DNA of 64,000 nucleotides, taken from NCBI GenBank assembly GCA_001600815.1, contig BCKZ01000020.1, positions 336,831 through 400,830 of the forward strand. The letters are read 5' to 3'. Position 1 is the first letter of the stretch. Each line of letters opens with the position of its first letter. Shown piece by piece: positions 12,443 to 25,100 of this stretch. The notes under the pieces were generated by a model. The model was given only the letters and a program-made list of their open reading frames with translations. It was not told the origin of the DNA and made no database searches. This DNA is from Alloascoidea hylecoeti. Its lineage: Eukaryota. The translations under genes were made by a program, and so were the position numbers.

Positions 12443-12870
12443 ATTATTCTATAGATATATTTTTTCATTTTATTTTTGTTTCTTTTATTTTTATAACATT
12501 TTCTAAAACCTTATATTACTTTTGCTAATAATTTATTCTATTTAATTTATGTTGTTATAATTGTTGTCGATATGTTTAAAATTTTGATTTGATTTTTGAT
12601 GCTTAAAATTGATTATTGTGTGACTAATATATATAAAAAAAAAAAAGATATCTTTAAGATTGTAATTACTTTTACTTATTTGTATTAATCTTTAATCTTT
12701 CTTTCTTTAGTTTTAATATTAATACTTAGTTCATTTAAAATTATGTGTGAAAAATGTTGAAGCTTAGAAATAAATGCAAACTTCAAACTTCAAATTTCTG
12801 TTTGTGTTTTTGGAAGTCAGATTTCTGTTTGTGTCGCCTCAACATAAACTTCTACAATACAATACTAATA

Positions 12871-13858
12871 ATGAAACCAACAGGCTCAACTCTTCAAAAC
12901 ACGGATAGTTCAGAACTACACAAACGAATCTTACCAGTTTTGACGTCTTCAGGTAATAATGAACCATCTCTTCCTGATTCTCCACAAGATTCACCACAAG
13001 ATAATGATCGTGAAGAATCAACTTTAGAATCTTCTTTTCAACATCAAATCCGGACTAGATATAATTCTGAATACGATGAATATGACGAATATGACGACTC
13101 AGATGAGGATAATGATAATCCTTTAGATGAAATTGCATTCACTTCATCGATTTTAGGTATAATATTTGGTGTCTCAATCGTGTTATTCTTCTTGATGAAA
13201 TTTAAACCATTACCAATTTATTTATGTTCACTTTCTTTATTTCATTTCTTAGAATATTGGATAACTGCAAAATATAATCCATCAAGAGTTAATTCAAAAT
13301 CTTTTTTAATTAATAATGGTTTAGAATATACTTTTGCTCATTTATTATCATTAATTGAAGTTACAATTGAATTATATTTTATAAAACCAAATTCAAATTT
13401 AAATTTTAAATTTAATAAAAAATTATGGATTATTGGTTTTTTATTAATGATTATTGGTCAAACTTTTAGATCTTTAGCAATGATTCAATGTTCTGATAGT
13501 TTTTCACATATTATCGAAGTTAGAAAAGTTAAAGGTCATGTTTTAGTAACTGATGGTGTTTATTCAATTAGTAGACATCCTTCTTATTTTGGTTTCTTTT
13601 GGTGGGCTTTAGGAACTCAAATTTTATTATTAAATCCAATTACTTTTATCGCTTTTTCTATTGTATTATATGGTTTTTTCAAAAGACGAATTATATGTAA
13701 GTGGAGAAATTCTTTTCAATTCTTTTTGATATATTTTAAACTAACTCCTTTTTTTTTTTTTTTTTTTAGTTGAAGAACAATTTTTAATTAGATTCTTTGG
13801 GTTAGATTATATCAATTATAAATTAAAAACTTATACTTTAATACCGTTCATCAGATAA
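12871..13858 (+). CDS. STE14: Isoprenylcysteine carboxyl methyltransferase; exons 12871-13696 and 13770-13858
   Basis: HFLEYWITAKYNP and HVLVTDGVYSISRHPSYFGFFWW. Intron GTAAGT..AACTAAC..TAG restores the C-terminus RI(I)FEEQFLIRFFG..IPFIR*. Start placed at the ATG at 12871. Confidence 0.93.
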
Positions 13859-14071
13859 TCAATATTTATATTAATTTGTCAATATATATTATTTGTACGA
13901 AAATTATATATATTAAGTTACTTATTTAAAATGATAATTACATTACTGTATTATGATAGTAATAATACAAATAAACTAAAAACTATAATATATAATGAGA
14001 AGAGAAAAGAAAAAAAAAAAAAAAACATTCATTCATTCATTTGATTCATTCATATTATGTAAATTTATATA

Positions 14072-14635
14072 TTATCTTTTATTAGGTGGTTCTCCATCAT
14101 CACTATCAGATATGTCAATAACCTCCATAAATGATCTCTTCGGTATTGATCCCAATACTGGAAATCTACTATTCGGCGTATTATTATAAGACTGAGTTGG
14201 CGTTGAACTTGAACTTGAGGTACTGCCTCTATGCGGCATACGGTGTATCGTGGGGTCTCTATTATACATTATTGAATTACCAGTTGCTGTCCATTCTAAT
14301 TGCGATAATGTAGCATTAATAGAAGGTGAATGAAACGACGGTCTTCTTGAATTTGTTACATTGGTATTATTATTATCATTGTTGTTATTACTAGATGAAT
14401 TGTAAGAATTATTATTACCTGATATATCACTAGAAAATCTCGTTGGTGAAAATGTTGGATTTCGATATGAAATGTCAGATATATTTTTGGGGAGATTATT
14501 TCGATTACCGTTATGTGTTTCAACCAAATGTACTTTTGAACCAAAACTTGAACTTGAACTTGAACTTGAATTTGAACCTGAACTTGAACTTGATGTATTT
14601 GAAATTGATTTTCTTCTTATACCTCCAGATGATAG

Positions 14636-14708
<73 letters not shown>

Positions 14709-17025
14709 GTATTAATACCATTAGATTTATTATGTCCAAATATAGATTTTGTTCCCCATGAAGGAACTGAAATATTTAATTGAGTTTGTGCACTTCTTGT
14801 ACCATCTGCGGTTTTAGTTGGACTAAGCAATAATCCATTTTTAGAAGTTTTAAATTGTTCTTGATTTCTTTTTGGTGATACTGATCTACCTAATCGAATA
14901 ACTGGATCTGTATTGTAAGTATTTGGAGTAGTAGTTCTGTTATTTATATACGTCTTTGGAGTAGTGGTTTTACTGTTATTGTTATTATAATTATTATTAT
15001 TGTTATTATTATTACCATTAGGTGTTCTTCCTTGATTCAATTGAATTTCCAAAGCACGTAGAGCAGCTTCTTCTTCCTCTTCAGGATATGAATAAAATTC
15101 TTCAAACTCACTTAAGTCCGAATGTAATTGTAGTTGTGGATCTTGAAAAGTTGGAGGTGGTATTTCTGAACTTGTTGACTTATTTGAAACTGAACCATTT
15201 ACTGCAGCTATTGATGAAATTGCTTGAGGTGGAGTAATTGGTGGAAATGGAAGTGGAAGTGGAAGTGTATTTGGTCTTGGTGTCAATATTGAAGAACCTA
15301 AAGAGAATGGAGGTAATGGTCTATTTAAGTCACTTTCAAGATTTATAGTAGTAGGAGGTTGTGTTTGTGTAGAAGTAACTCTTATAGAAGGTAATGATAT
15401 TTTAGGACTTGATGTAGATGAAATAGTAGGAATAGGTGCATGAGAAAATGAGGAAATATTGTAAGGGACATTGACATTTGTACCATCTTCATCATCTGAA
15501 TCACTATCTATTGATATAACTTCTGGTTCAATATTATTAGTTTCTTTGTTATCAAGCGGTATATCTTGAAATATATTTCCATCATTTTGTTCTGCTTTAA
15601 CATCTAAAGATGTATATGGAACATTTGCATTTGCTTGTTGATGATCATGTTGACTATGAGTATGATTATCTCTTTTAATTTCTTCTTCTTTTTTAATATT
15701 CCATGTTCCATCAATTTCAATTTCAACATGCTCAATTTCATCATTTGTATTTTTTAAAATTTCACTAACATAATCACTTATTCTTAAAGAATTTAATTGT
15801 ATTCTTTCACGACATATTGGACACGTCCACTGTGGTGCTTGTTCTTGTAATTGTAAAAAAGAAATTCCATCAAAACATTGAGTATGTTTACAATATAATG
15901 ATTTGCAAGGATATCGTAATCTACAATATGATAGCGGACATTTTAAAGACATTATTGTATTTGTTGCAATTATATCATCATCACTTTTGTTTTTTTCAAT
16001 GATTTGATTTATTGTAAATTGTTTTGATATATGACTGTTTGATTCAATTTCTTTAATTATTACATCTGGTGAAACTAAAGAAACTAGATATACACTCATA
16101 ATGTGAGGAGTATCGCTATAAGCGTATTGAATGTTTAATATGTTATTGCCTCTGTGAATAAAAGGAGTTAGATTTGCTGGTCGGGTTGTACCTGGTTTGT
16201 TTTTCAAACCTCGTAGATTATCAGTTATCAAAGTATTATTTAACCTCACTTCTATATGATAAGGGAAAGCTATTAAGACATCTCTATCATAAGGTAAGCT
16301 ATTTGCACCAGATAAAAGATAAATTTTGTAATTACTGTTTAGTTTTGTGATAAGTTCCATGTCATCCGGTGATAACTCAAAAGAATGCGACATGACGGCT
16401 CTGATTGTAGCAGGTCGACATACAAATGGAAATTTCGATAATGTTTTCACAGGTTTATAAAATGGAGACTTAGAAAATAAAATCGGCCTCATATTCCTGG
16501 AAGCTGCTGGGTCTAGAGAAAAAAATTGAAGTTAGTAAAAACCCCATAGTTTTTCTAAAAATTAGAAATTAACACACACCAGATACATTAGCAATTGAAT
16601 TACCGATTGAAAGAAGTTGAATAGGACCTGCGCTATAACCTGAATTTGGCTGACTCGTACCATATCGCCTCGAATACTCCCTGCTGACCAGCCCTTGTAC
16701 TCGTGCGAGTTTAGGCATATCTTTCTCAAGCTGAGCTACCTTTATTTCGTGAACCACCCGGTCTATGAGGTTCTGCTTCCTCCCACTGGATGGCATCATT
16801 AGCCCTTGTAGTATGTTTTTCAACTCGGGTATTGTGAATTTCGTCTCGACTATCATAACCTACATTTAAAGATGGTGATGGAGGTTAGCGAAAATATTTC
16901 TACAACAGCAACCTACACCAGAAAAAGAGGTTTCTCCTTCCGAGGACAGTCCATCCAAGAACTGACAATATTCCAAGGAAGTTCCAAAAAATGATATTTA
17001 CCGTCTCCGTAATTTTGTCTGCCAT
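14072..17025 (-). CDS. SIZ1: SUMO E3 ligase Siz1/Nfi1 (SAP, PINIT, SP-RING); exons 17025-17002, 16859-16580, 16512-14072
   Basis: SAP domain TIPELKNILQGLMMPSSGRKQNLIDRV, RGLKNKPGTTRP, SP-RING SLKCPLSYCRLRYPCKSLYCKHTQCFD..WTCPIC, and SIM-like VISIDSDSD. Two frame-preserving introns (GTAAAT..GCTAAC..TAG; GTGTGT..TACTAAC..TAG). Confidence 0.9.
14637..14707 (-). repeat. (AAT)n poly-Asn microsatellite in SIZ1
   Basis: Run of TTA on the + strand, about 23-24 units. Confidence 0.95.
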
Positions 17026-17159
17026 TCTTGTTTTCTTTACAAAATGAGTGTGCTAATTATTAATAATTACTTGGAAAATGTAAAGTACACTGATTTAGGT
17101 GTGTGGGTGTTACGTAGTTACAAGAATATATTCAATTATTTTGTGTTTTATTTATAAAA

Positions 17160-19184
17160 TTACTTTGAAGTTTTCCCTCCGGAGACCAGCAATTGATAAT
17201 CAAAAGACTCCTCCGGACGGTTTTCCGCCCGTTTCCACGTAGTGATCGTAGCTTTTACGGCGTCGAGCTCAAACAACCGGACCCGGCGTGCGAATCCGGG
17301 ACCACCATGTTCATGTCCACCTCCATATCCGCCTTCTCCAACTGCTCCCGAGTAGCATAACCAGTTGGGTTTGTCCTTCTCTTCTGTGCTCAGAATACAG
17401 CAGTCGTTTGTATGATCATGTCCGACGGATATCACCTTAACCCCCAGGTCTGTCAATGATTTATGTGCTCCTGCACTCGTATCCTCCGAAATCTTATACT
17501 GCTCATTGAAAGACCCGACAAGTCCAAAATCACCTTTGGGTCGATATTCGGGCAAAGGATTATGGAAAAAACTAAGACTTAATTGTGGCGAGAAAAATCC
17601 TTTCTTGGTAGGATATAACTTTTCTGTTGTATCTTTTATAAACTGTTGTTGTGTTTGTGTGATCCCTTTACCTATCCCTCTCAAAGCGTTTGGATCTGGA
17701 CGCTGTTTTGGTTTCGGTTTAATAAAAGAATCAGCGTCTTCATGGCTCGAGTCAAGCATATATAGTGTAATAACCGCAAATTCATCTCTTTGATCAAGCA
17801 CTTGAATAATGTAGTTACCAAAACCATCAACTTTCTCAGGCCCCATGTCTGCTACTGAATAAGGTAATGTCATTATTAATTTCATAATATCTTTTCTTTT
17901 CACACTCCCTTCTCCTTCAGATTCTCCTAGTACCACTGCAAACGGTGTTTTAGTTTCTAATGCCAAAGATACTGCTTTTAAAATTGCTGTAACTGAATCC
18001 GGTGCTTTTTTACCAAATACCAAATCTCCCGAGAAAACAATAAGATCAGGCTTCTCAACTTCTAAAACCTTTCTAATGAATGATAATGTTCTTTTATCAG
18101 CTTCACAGTTACGTCCTGTTTCCAATGGGAATGGATCCATACATTTCCCAGCTCCTGTTGAAAAATACATATCTGATAATTGTAATATTTTGAATTTACC
18201 TGATGAAGGCATTCGTAACTTTGGTTTCTCAATTGGTGCTGGTATACCGTACCTTAATGTTAATCTAGCAGGAATTGAACTTTTCTTTTGTTGTGAACCT
18301 TTCTTTTTCGATCTTCTTTTTTGTTTATTATTACTACTTGTATCATAATTATTTATTCCATCATTTTGTATCGTGAAAGCACCTTTTTGAAGTTTCCAAT
18401 TTGGTCTCGGTTCAATTGCATCATCACCATATAATATGTCAAGACCAGTAATTGCCGTTTTTTCAACGAATTTCCCTTTTTTAACCCAAAGTCCATGGCC
18501 TTTATTTGACCAACCATTCATTGTGTCTGCTGCTTCCATTCGTGATCTTGACCCAGACCCGTGGGATTTTGAAAGATCATCTTTAACATATTTCGGGATT
18601 TCTTCAGTATCTTCTAATGAATCAAAGGCAATATCAATTATAACATATCCTAAAGCTTTAACATTCTTTTTTAGATTTGTTGATTTTAAACCTAATGGAA
18701 TTTCTGCTCTTTTTATATATAAATAACTCTCATAAATCCAACTTTGACCTAAATTTAATTCTTTCGGGATTTTTGTCCATCCTTTAAATTCCTCACATCC
18801 TTTAAATTTTAAACAATCACGTAGTTGAATATCTTCAATGACAGTTGGTACTGGAGATTCCTCCACAAGTCCACCATGACCAGAAGGTAGGCTTAAAGCA
18901 GGAAGAGCCTGTTGACTTAAATGTCCTTCATCATAAAGGAAAACACCGTTTTTAGAACTTGATGTTAATGATGAACCAATATTTGATAATTGAATCGGTG
19001 TAAATTTAAATCTATTTGAACCAGAATAAATATTATATACTATAAATATTGAGATAAAACCTATTACGAAGTATCTTTTTTTAACCATTCTTCTTGAGTT
19101 TTTTAACCAACTGGACTTGACTTTTTTCTTAAGTCGTGGGGGTATTTTTGTTCTTGTTGTTGGTAATTCGAGCATCATCATCAA
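17160..19184 (-). CDS. Dcr2/Sia1-family calcineurin-like metallophosphoesterase, type II membrane protein with degenerate active site
   Basis: N-terminal TM segment; ITGLDILYGDDAIEPRPNW; GKFKILQLSD; EKPDLIVFSGD; FFHNPLPEY; VGHDHTNDCC; RRVRLFE; TWKR. Confidence 0.82.
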   Translation of the reverse strand: MMMMLELPTTRTKIPPRLKKKVKSSWLKNSRRMVKKRYFVIGFISIFIVYNIYSGSNRFKFTPIQLSNIGSSLTSSSKNGVFLYDEGHLSQQALPALSLPSGHGGLVEESPVPTVIEDIQLRDCLKFKGCEEFKGWTKIPKELNLGQSWIYESYLYIKRAEIPLGLKSTNLKKNVKALGYVIIDIAFDSLEDTEEIPKYVKDDLSKSHGSGSRSRMEAADTMNGWSNKGHGLWVKKGKFVEKTAITGLDILYGDDAIEPRPNWKLQKGAFTIQNDGINNYDTSSNNKQKRRSKKKGSQQKKSSIPARLTLRYGIPAPIEKPKLRMPSSGKFKILQLSDMYFSTGAGKCMDPFPLETGRNCEADKRTLSFIRKVLEVEKPDLIVFSGDLVFGKKAPDSVTAILKAVSLALETKTPFAVVLGESEGEGSVKRKDIMKLIMTLPYSVADMGPEKVDGFGNYIIQVLDQRDEFAVITLYMLDSSHEDADSFIKPKPKQRPDPNALRGIGKGITQTQQQFIKDTTEKLYPTKKGFFSPQLSLSFFHNPLPEYRPKGDFGLVGSFNEQYKISEDTSAGAHKSLTDLGVKVISVGHDHTNDCCILSTEEKDKPNWLCYSGAVGEGGYGGGHEHGGPGFARRVRLFELDAVKATITTWKRAENRPEESFDYQLLVSGGKTSK

Positions 19185-19719
19185 GAGTACAAAACCAAAA
19201 AATCAGAAAGAATATAAGAATAATAAGTTACTATATTTATTATTAGCAAATCTAGAAAAATTTAAAATTTAAAATGAAAATTGAAGAGGAAACACACCAA
19301 GTGAATGAATGAATAAGTGTAGTATATTTCCAATCCTTAAAAAGTGAATATGATTAGTCCTTAGGGGTTTATGTAAGTATGTGTGGAGTACAAGAAGAAA
19401 ATCAAAATGTTAATATTAATATATTAGCGTCGGGCGTGATTCTAGCCCAAATCTATATAAACTAGACATAATTATAATGTATTTCCACTAATATTTTACA
19501 CGTACTGGTACTAATATTGAAATGGAGAAAAAGCAATTGCAACTTTTAAGGCTTCTTAAATATGTCCTGTACTGCTCAATCGCATATCACCCTCTCCGTG
19601 AATCTCTGGTTGACTGGCTGGATGATTATGAGACATTCACCGCTAGCTTATAATTAAACTTAAACACGAAGACTTCTCGCACTAATTTTAGAGTTAAAAG
19701 CAACACGGTAAGTAATGGT

Positions 19720-21885
19720 CTACAAATTTCCAATGGGTCCAATTAATAATGCATCCACCGACTGCCCCTTATAAATCTTCCCTTCTTTAACATCATTGGA
19801 TGACGGAAGACAAATTAATCCATTCGCTCCTTTCATGCTACTAACTGTACTGCTACGTTGTTTCCCCGTGCTTTTGGCAAACAGAACAGCCGCTGGACTG
19901 CCCTTCTCACCACAACCCATCAATTGGCGTCCTTGATATATGTAGACTCTTTGATATTCACTTCTTGAATCAAGAATAACATCAAATTCAAGAATCACTT
20001 CAACTTTAGGGAAAGAGGGTAAGCGTCGAACTTCATCTTCTCCTGCAGTTTCTGAATACCCTGATATTAATTGTAATGAAGGCAATACAAATAAATTGTA
20101 ACATACAATAGCAGAGGAAGGATTTCCTGGTAATGCAAAGATTACTTTCTTACCTCCATTCCTTATAACAGTTGCAAAAGTAGTAGGTTTTCCTGGTTTC
20201 ATTGCAACTCTACCAAAATGTATTGTACCTTTTAATGATCTTTCAATTGTAGGTTTTAAAAGATCTAGTTCACCCATTGAAACCCCACCAGTCGTTACCA
20301 ATACATCAATATCACTTTCTAATGCCTTAATCATAGTTGTTGCTAAATCGCTTGCTATATCATTAACAATTCCCAAATCGATCGCCTTAAATTCACTATT
20401 TTTAATTGCATTGATTAGCATTGGTCTATTACTATCCCAAATTTGTCCATATAACATTTTAACATTTCCTGAAGATGCAACGTTAATATCAACTAGTTCA
20501 TCACCAGTTGACAATACCCCAATAATTGGTTTCGCATATACCGATATATTAGCACATCCAACACTTGCTAAAAGTCCAATCTCTCCACCAACTGTTGAAA
20601 TTTGAGTTCCTTTTGATAAAATTAAACTACCTTTTTTAACATCACTACCAATTTCTCTAATATTATCTCCTTCCATGATATTTGTTGCAAGTATTTCAAC
20701 TTCTAATTCTTCAGATCCATCTTCCGTTGCTTTAGTTAAAACTGTTTCTTCAACCAGAACAACAGAGTCGGCTCCATTTGGAAGAGGGGCACCCGTTGTA
20801 ATCCTTGTAATATTACCACTGGTCAATGTAAAATTCTCTTTTTGATCTGAGTTTATATTGATGTCCAATGCTTTTGCATGCGATACACTAACAACGGGGT
20901 AATTTCCCGCACCATCTGAATGTATCATTGCATATCCATCAACAATACTTGCACGAAAATTTGGAACATCAATCTCTGAGTAAATATCTTTAGCTAAAAT
21001 ATAACCTGTAATATCATCGTCTGTAATTGATTTTGTTATTACTGTCGGAAGTGGAGTATGGCTTAAGAGTAAGTCATGAGCTGCTTTAACTGAAATCATT
21101 TCGTATGGTGATTGTCTTGCCCTTGTCACTGGTGATACTAAATCATTAGATATGAGTTCATGTCTTTTTAAACCCCCATGACCATGACTATGTTCATGAT
21201 TATGACTATGACTATGACTATGTTCATGATCATGACCGTGACTATGACTATGTCCATTTAAATATCCACCTGGTAATGCGTTCTTAAACGTTCGTTGTTC
21301 TTTTAAGTGTAAACTTCTAGCATTCGACTTTCCAATTTGTCCTAAAGAATGTGGCAGTATCTTAATTATTGCTTCAAGATTTTCAACAGCACCCTTCGGA
21401 GACCCAGGTAAAGTTATAATCATTGAATGATTACGAATACCTGCAACAGGTCTCGCAACAGCCGCAAAAGGTGTAATTGATAATGATTTAGACAGCATGG
21501 CGTGTACTATACCAGAGGCAGGTCTTTCTATCAATGGTGTTAATGCCTATTGAAAAGAAAAGAGTCAGTCAGATCTATAACTAGACATGATTTAATATTA
21601 AAGACTTACCTCTGGAGTAATATCAAGATCAGAAAATCCAGTTCCTCCCGATGTTAATATTAATTTAATTCCCTTTTTATCTTCAGACCACTTTTTAACA
21701 ATTTCTTGGATTTGTTTAAAATCATCTGGAACAATACTTTTTTCAATAATTGTAAACTTACAGTTTGACGATTTGTTATTGGATTCTGTAAAAAAAGTTT
21801 CTAGGGCACCAGTTGTAGAATCGGTGCTCACACCTTGGAAACTGGAGGTTGAAATGATAAGAAGGGCTACCGTTATTTCAAACAT
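19720..21885 (-). CDS. cnxE: Gephyrin/CnxE-like molybdenum insertase (MogA G-domain plus MoeA E-domain); exons 21885-21610 and 21546-19720
   Basis: LILTSGGTGFSDLDITPE|ALTP, LPGSPKGAVE, His-rich linker, FRASIVDGYA, RITTGAPLP, LSTGDEL, TTGGVSMGELD, MKPGKP and LPGNPSS. 63-nt intron GTAAGT..GACTGAC..TAG. Confidence 0.92.
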
Positions 21886-22188
21886 GATTAAAATTGTCAA
21901 TTGCAATATTGTATCTGATATCTAAGTTAACATTCTAAACTTACTCCGCTTTTTGGATATAATTTAAACACCCTTACATCACAATACAAAATTTTAAATT
22001 CATGCCACAAATCCAATGTTAAAAGAATAAAAGCTATATAATAATACTAAATATAGAATATCTAGAAGGATAATTACAAATAAAAAATTTATATATATAC
22101 ATATATATATAAATAAATGTATACATATGTTAGCAATAATATGTTATACTGAAATAAAATCTTTGAATAAACTATAGCCCTAATCTCC

Positions 22189-25100
22189 TCAACTCTTTTC
22201 CCAGTCAACATAGTCTCTGCCAACAAGTCGAAATATTCTAATATCACCACTTCTCATTTCAGATAATCTGTAACTTTCAAGTTTCACTTTAGAATGACGA
22301 TCTTGCTCTATTACTTTTAATTTTCTTTTAATACCATCCCAAGTATTAACAATCCCAACATGTGGAGTATTTATACCAACTTCACTTATTGTCTTTTGAT
22401 GTAATGGTCCTTTATGGGTTTGAAAACGCCCATTTTTAATTACAATTATATCACCTGGTCTAATTTCATCATTTTGCTTCGTAGTTGCATTAGACATATT
22501 TGAATAAACCAAAGCTCCGAATGATTTTTGTCCAACTGGTCTTAAAACTCCTTTAATATTACTGAAAATATTTGTAACCAATTCCCCAGTTGGTAATGCT
22601 CTTCCAGCTAATTTTGTTGCAATACTTAAAACTTTTTGATTATATTTACTAGCCAAATCTTCATATTGATCTTGTCGTAATGGAGCAGGAGGTGCTGAAT
22701 GACTTTGTTCAATATAAACTGTTCCATCAGGATCACTTAATTCATAACGAATATTAATTGTTGTTTGTGAATAATCTGCAAATAACACATATAAATCACG
22801 ATTCATAACTGTTCTTCCACCACGTTTCGAAGATGTATTATCCTCAGATTCAAATATAAGATCTTTATCTAAACGGCTAGCCAAAGATGGTGGTAAAGTA
22901 CCTGAATTTTTCCACCATCCTTTTTCTTGTTCAATATTAATATCAACTGCCATAGCAGAGACACTACTAACGTCAAAACTACTCCTTCCATTATGAGATT
23001 GATCTATGGATTTTCTTATATCAACCGATCGTCTATTATGGCTAACAGATTTTCTTCCCACATCTATAGATCTCTTAACAATAGGATCTGAAGTAAATGA
23101 GTCAATAGGGGTAACTGAATTTTTGAGATGGGATCCAGTTGATGTGGAAGATAAATTAGAACCTTGACGTTCTACTGGAGACATTGTAGGAGATCCTAAA
23201 CCACTCAAGGAACGTGGCTGTAATTGAGGTGGAGGTGGAGGTGGAGGTGATCTTTTCTTTGATGCAGAACGGTAGAGAGTTGAATTAGGGTCAAGAGTTC
23301 TAATTCCTGGTAAAGGTGAAGTCGCTTCGAAATCAGGTGGTGGTGATGAGCTCAAAGTAGTATTTAAAAGTGGTCTTGATTTATTAGGCACAAGAGGTGA
23401 TGTTGGTGCAATACCAGTAGGTGGAGGAGGTGGCCTTGCTCCTGGAACGGGAACAGGAGGAGAAACTGGAGCAGTAGTTGTAGGTAGTGGTGGTGGAGGA
23501 GCATTTGATAGAGGTGCTTTGGGGATAATTGGTACAGGAGGAGCAAGGGAATGGGGAGGTGGTAGTTGTATCTCTGAGTCAACTTCTTCTACTGATTGGA
23601 CACCAATAAAATCTGTGTCTTCATCTGCATCGTAACCAGTGACCTCTTCAGATAATTCATATTTATGAGTAGGGCGGGTTTTATGAGGAGAAGAGGGAGA
23701 TTGTAATGTTGGTGGAACAGGAGGAGGAGCACCTGGCATTGGTACTGGAGGTGCCGCAAATGAACGTCTTTTGGTATTAGAAGGGGGGGGAACAGGTACC
23801 GCTAAAGGAATTGGTGGGGGAGGCGCTCTGACAGGTGTTGCTGGTAGCGGTCGAGTAGTAGTTGGAATAGAAGGAGGTGAAGGTAAATGCTGACGGTTAT
23901 CTTCTGATTCTGTTTTTTCATCATCTCCTAATTCTCGATCATCATCTATAATAATAATAATAAATAATAAATAAATGTGAGAAATTATAACTAGAAAAAA
24001 ACTACTGGAAATATGCTTTCTACTCACCATCTGAAATTTCATGATTTTCAATAACAATTGGACTTAACGATTGATCAGGAAGTTGTTTCGAAAGAGTTGA
24101 AAAATCATACGCATCTGTTTTCTTTGAATCGGGGTTTTGATATTCATCAGAAGAGGAAAACAATTTCTTATTGGCTAAAATAAATGATATAAAATATTTC
24201 AATTAGTTCAGGTTCAAAATAAAGAAAAATAAAATAGCTATTAAAAAAAGGCCTATATCAGTGCATACCATCTTTAGTACTAGTTTGAGCTGTATGTTTC
24301 TCAGATGAGCTCGTGCATTCATCTTCCTCTAAATCCGAAGGAGTAGGGTTTACATGAGAAGATGAAGAAATTGTAGGAATGGAAGGTAATTCGCGAGAAG
24401 ATCCGGGGACACTAGGAACTACATATTCACCAATAACTTCCACATCACTATCGTTTGGTTTCTCATGAGATGTTTCAATAACAGCTGGTGATTGCTCTGT
24501 CTCCGCTTTCTCAGGCTGTTTGAGGTCCTCATCTTCATCACTATCATCTTCATCGGCTGTTGGAATTGGGGGAGCACCAGCAGCCATCCCAGGAATTGCA
24601 AAAGGCGAAGGCATCATTGGCAGACCTATAGGCTGACTTGCTACTTTATCTGAGGTATCTTTAGGTTTCTTGTGAGATTTCTTTTTATGTTCTTTCGTTG
24701 AGGGCATTCCAAAAGACATTCCAGGCATCATCAAACCCATCGGCATACCACCAATTCCACCAGATATTTTAGCCATACGATCTCTCAATGCAAGTTTTCG
24801 AGCTTCTTCTGCATCTACTTCCTCTTCAGTTGAAGATTCCTCTTCTTCTTCCTCTTCTTCATTATCCGTACTTTGTTCGGCTGGTTTAACTACATCTGGC
24901 GATTGAATAGATTCAGTAGACCGAGCTGATTCTACACTTTGACGTGTATTCGATGCGGATTCACTAGTTACCGGGGGTTCGGGGTGTTCAGTAGACTCGT
25001 GTTCTGACTTTTCACCCTCCGAATCAGATTCTTCTTGTGCTTCTGCTTCTTGTGCTTGTTGGGCGGCCTTTGCCTCTTCTAGTTGTCTCCTCTTTTCAGC

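Noticed and set aside
12754..12870. Longer N-terminus and unspliced C-terminus of the STE14 ORF as tracked
   Set aside because: The upstream part contains a promoter-like repeat (ATTTCTGTTTGTGT x2), and the tracked C-terminus reads into an obvious intron.
14443..14783. Antisense ORFs with poly-Tyr/poly-Leu, and other short overlapping ORFs in the track
   Set aside because: Shadows of microsatellites and codon bias in real genes on another strand or frame.
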